From positions 5,456,001-5,520,000 of the forward strand of contig NC_047071.1 of the NCBI RefSeq assembly GCF_902459465.1: a DNA stretch of 64,000 nucleotides, given 5' to 3'. A program made the translations under genes and the position numbers. The stretch is from Asterias rubens. Its lineage: Eukaryota. Below, piece after piece: positions 60,282 through 64,000 of the stretch (its first letter is position 1; each line of letters opens with the position of its first letter). Under the pieces are notes generated by a model, which ran no database searches, was not told where the DNA came from, and saw only the letters and a program-made list of their open reading frames with translations.

Positions 60282-60670
60282 TTAAAGGAACACGTTGCCT
60301 TGGATTGATCGAGTTGGTCTTTGAAAAGCGTTTGTAACCGTTTGTTATAAAATGCATAGGGTTGGAAAGATGTTTTAAAAGTAGAATACAATGATCCACA
60401 CAAACACGCCTCTAAATTGCCGGTTTTCCCTTTACCTCGTCGACTAACACGGTCGGCCATTTATGGGAGTCAAATTTTTGACTCCCATAAATGGCCGACC
60501 GTATTAGTTCGCACAGTAAAATGAAAACCACGCAATTTCAAGGCAAATTTGTGTGGATCATTGTATTCTACTTAAAAAACATCTTTCCAACCGTATGCAT
60601 TTTATAACAAACGGTTATAAACGCTTTTTATAGACCAACTCGTCCGATCCAAGGCAACGTGTTCCTTTAA
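60282..60670. mobile_element. Family-1 foldback MITE, complete
   Basis: TTAA at both ends, full arms and central hairpin. Confidence 0.9.
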
Positions 60671-60905
60671 CCTCAAAAGCTTCAATATGGAAGCGAAATC
60701 TAAACACAAAAATTAAACCCAGTAGTGCCAATCATATGAAGAATATCATCCTCAACAAAATAAACATCACTTGTAACCATGAAAATAATCATAACTGAAG
60801 TTATCTGAACATTAGAAAAATGGTTACTTACTGTGCCACAGTCATGGAGTACTTGACCCCCTGTTTAGGCAAACTGATAAAAGGGTTCCACACACAACCA
60901 GTTTT

Positions 60906-61142
60906 AGTGAAGAGACAACTTATGAAATGAGCCTGCAGAGTCTGGTTTAAACAATAATAATTAGAGTGAAGAGACAACTTATGAAATGACCCTGCAGAGT
61001 CTGGTTTAAACAATAATAATTAGAGTGAAGAGACAACTTATGAAATGAGCCTGCAGAGTCTGGTTTAAACAATAATAATTAGAGTGAAGAGACAACTTAT
61101 GAAATGACCCTGCAGAGCCTGGTTTAAACAATAATAATTAGA
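60906..61142. repeat. 59-bp minisatellite, 4 copies
   Basis: AGTGAAGAGACAACTTATGAAATGA(G/C)CCTGCAGAG.CTGGTTTAAACAATAATAATTAG starting at 60906, 60965, 61024 and 61083. Confidence 0.95.
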
Positions 61143-64000
61143 CAAAAGTACAGTATACACGTACAACAGTCATTCTTCATCATTCCAGTGATTTACAACT
61201 CCTGTAGATTTACACGTACAACTTCTCTACGGGTGTAGGTCGGGATCCTGATCATTAACCCGATGTGATAGGCTGGGATGCCGAAACAAAAATCCCGGCA
61301 GGATGGGTTGGGATCCCGGGCAGTATCCCACAGGGATTCCCAACCTATCCCGCAGAGATATTGGTCGGGATCCCGACCAAATTTTTTAAGGGGTTGAGAC
61401 AACATCAATACTGGTAATGAGTACATCTTGTGAATATGATGTTTCTTCTAGTTTTCACAGAATGTCTGTTTTGTCACGGACAATGTATGTGGGTTGCAAG
61501 GTAACTATTATGAGGGAAGCCATCAAAAATAAAATAGGCGGCGTCCTGCATCCCGCCGCAGCGCTCCCGCAAAGCGCCGCGATTGTGTTTTTGATCCGGC
61601 ACTCGTGCGGCCCAACTCCAAGGGCCAGCTCATTAAAATGATGTCCTTTGTTGTGCCTGCTATTTATATGTTAATCGGTGACAACAATAGGCAGCATCAC
61701 GGCGCTTGTGCGGCCGGCCGCTAGTGCGCCTCAAAGAGATACCAACTATTTGCGGTCACATTGTGGCTTTACCGCGGCCCATTCTCGGGAGGCTGCAAAC
61801 TTCCTGCAGTACTGCCATTGTCCTGTTCCATAGTGTCCATGAATACAGAGCAGAATCTTTTGAAGGTGTTTTTTTTATAGAAGATTCTTGAAGAAAGCAG
61901 CTGCTTTCAAGATTTTTTAAACTAAAAATGGGCAGTTTGAATGGACTTTAGGCTCATTGAGGAGGTAATATTTCTTCCATTATGTTAGGCCTAAGGGATC
62001 ACAGTTGATAATTGTTTAGCACTTTGGACGGAAACCAGTCACATTGCGCCAATTTGAAAGGGGAAAACCAAGTTACCTTCATCTGGCCGTATATGCAACA
62101 TTGTAGGCCTAGGTTAAAAAAATATTATCTTTTATTAGAAAATGTGTTTCAATCTCACTTCAAAAAAGATGTTTTAGTTTTACTTGTCGTCAAAATCAGT
62201 GATCTGAGCGCGCCTGCGGAATGTCACTCCGTAAATTGTTCATTTGCATCATGCTGCATACAAGTTTCCAATTCAGTTTACTCATGCCCACCACCTTGTA
62301 CATCTGGGCTGAAACCATCTGTTAACGTTGATGCGCCTGGGGGTGAGCGAGCGGGGACGAGAATGTAATGTGTTGGTACCCGGCGCGGCGGCACCTTAGT
62401 ACAGCGCTGCGTTAGTATACCACTGATAATGTGTAAAGGCTGATACCTTACAAACGAGTGTTGAACTAGTATAACGGACGTCGAGTTGCAATACCACAAA
62501 TCCCTGTGTTGCATGGATTAAAAGTAAAGTCTTGTTTCCAAACGTCTTGCTCAGTATGTCGACCAACAGTAATGAGCTTCTGACTACTACTGTTAAATAA
62601 TTTTCAGTTTATGACGATTGTTTTATGATGCACATGTTAAATTTTTAAAACAATGTTGACTGTTGCAGTGTTTCTGCTGATTTTTTTGTTTACTTTTTTT
62701 ACAGCGGGTGCTGCGGCATTTTTAAGAATCTGGCAACAGGTTTGGACTATTGACAACAAGTTATTAAGCTGGGCTGGCTCGACCAGCGTTCTGTTCAAAC
62801 TGTAATTTTTAGCCGTTTGCTTAATGGCTTGTCTAGATGTCATTTTCATTTTGTTAAAAACATTATTGTGGGTTGAACCATGGAGGTAGTTTAATCCATT
62901 ATCTTAACATGTACACAAAGGCCGTGTCACATGCACGGTACAAATTGGAGACGGCGGAGACCTTTAGATGAGCTTTTCCCATTTATTTGCACTCAGTGTA
63001 TAACATTACACAGGTGAAACTATAAATAACAAATACATAAATAGCTTACTAAATGACACGAAAAATGCACATTATTAAACAATTAAGGGAAGGGAGACAA
63101 AGGTGAACCATATCAGACTAACAAAAACAACTCTAAATGCAGAACGAGATACAGCAATAAACCAAGCAACGACCGAGGGCTGATAAACAGTGAAACTTGA
63201 ATATAAGACACTACAAAGACAAATCCAGCGTTAAATTACAAGAGTGAAATAACTAATACATTTAATAAATTAAAACAGTGAAATAACTAATACATTTAAT
63301 AAACTTACATCGTTGCCGGGAGAAACTCAGAAACTACGTCCGTGCACATGGTAAATGTTCTGCGGTATTCTGGGGGCGTTCACCGGTATTCTGGTATAAA
63401 CATTACATGAAACCAACAAAAAATATACAGGAAACAACGGGGGACTTGTACACTACAATATAATTCTAAGCAATAGAATAAATACTGAATGAAGCAGCAA
63501 GAAAATGAATTACACGAGAAATTAACTCCAGAGACTATAAGCCGTAAAAGGGGGACCGAGTGAGTTGGCTCAAACGGCGATAAATAACTATAAGAAAACG
63601 GCAACTTGCTGAATATACCGAACAGGAAAATGTTAACATAAGGGAAGTTTTGATTGCGAAGGTTAAATAAAGATATTTATACATAAGGAAGATAAATGCT
63701 AGAAATAACAGTTGTAAACAGAATAAGGCTACTTACGGGAGATGGCTACGGAAAATTACATGTCTGAAAAGAACTAAAATAAACTCGAACACAACACAAC
63801 GGAATCAGGAACAGAAAATGACTTGGAAATACAGGCACCCAGATATATGTATACAAAATAGGGGCTTGCCACACCTTAAGCGAAATTCCTTAAATGCCCG
63901 CAGGCGATTGGCTGTGGCCACTGAACTTTGACTTTAAGCAAACAAGGATAAACTGATAGGATAATAAATGTTGGTGCTGTCCCATCCAGTGACGTTGTGT

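Overview
Eukaryotic, gene-poor and repeat-rich window. The histone sequences point to an echinoderm, probably a sea star (inference). 1-13097 is an H1-only tandem array with a ~1.66-kb unit: 8 intact 198-aa copies and 1 deleted copy, ending at a 500-N assembly gap. At 24.8-27.6 kb is an isolated fragment of a co-directional core-histone repeat (5'-truncated H3, H2B, H2A; no H4). The rest is mostly transposon-derived. Best candidates for novelty: (1) a 6-kb element with Sola3-type ends (TTAA duplication, GAG..CTC termini, very long inverted repeats) whose only recognisable gene is an intact piggyBac-family transposase behind a splice acceptor; (2) an intact free-standing His-Cys-box (I-PpoI-like) nuclease ORF abutting a TTAA/Kolobok-type element; (3) two minimal type-I hammerhead ribozymes in short Penelope-like insertions. 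Also present: several TTAA MITE families, tRNA-derived SINEs, an L2 LINE inserted inside a C2H2 zinc finger, foldback palindromes and minisatellites. All coordinates were read by hand and no searches were run.
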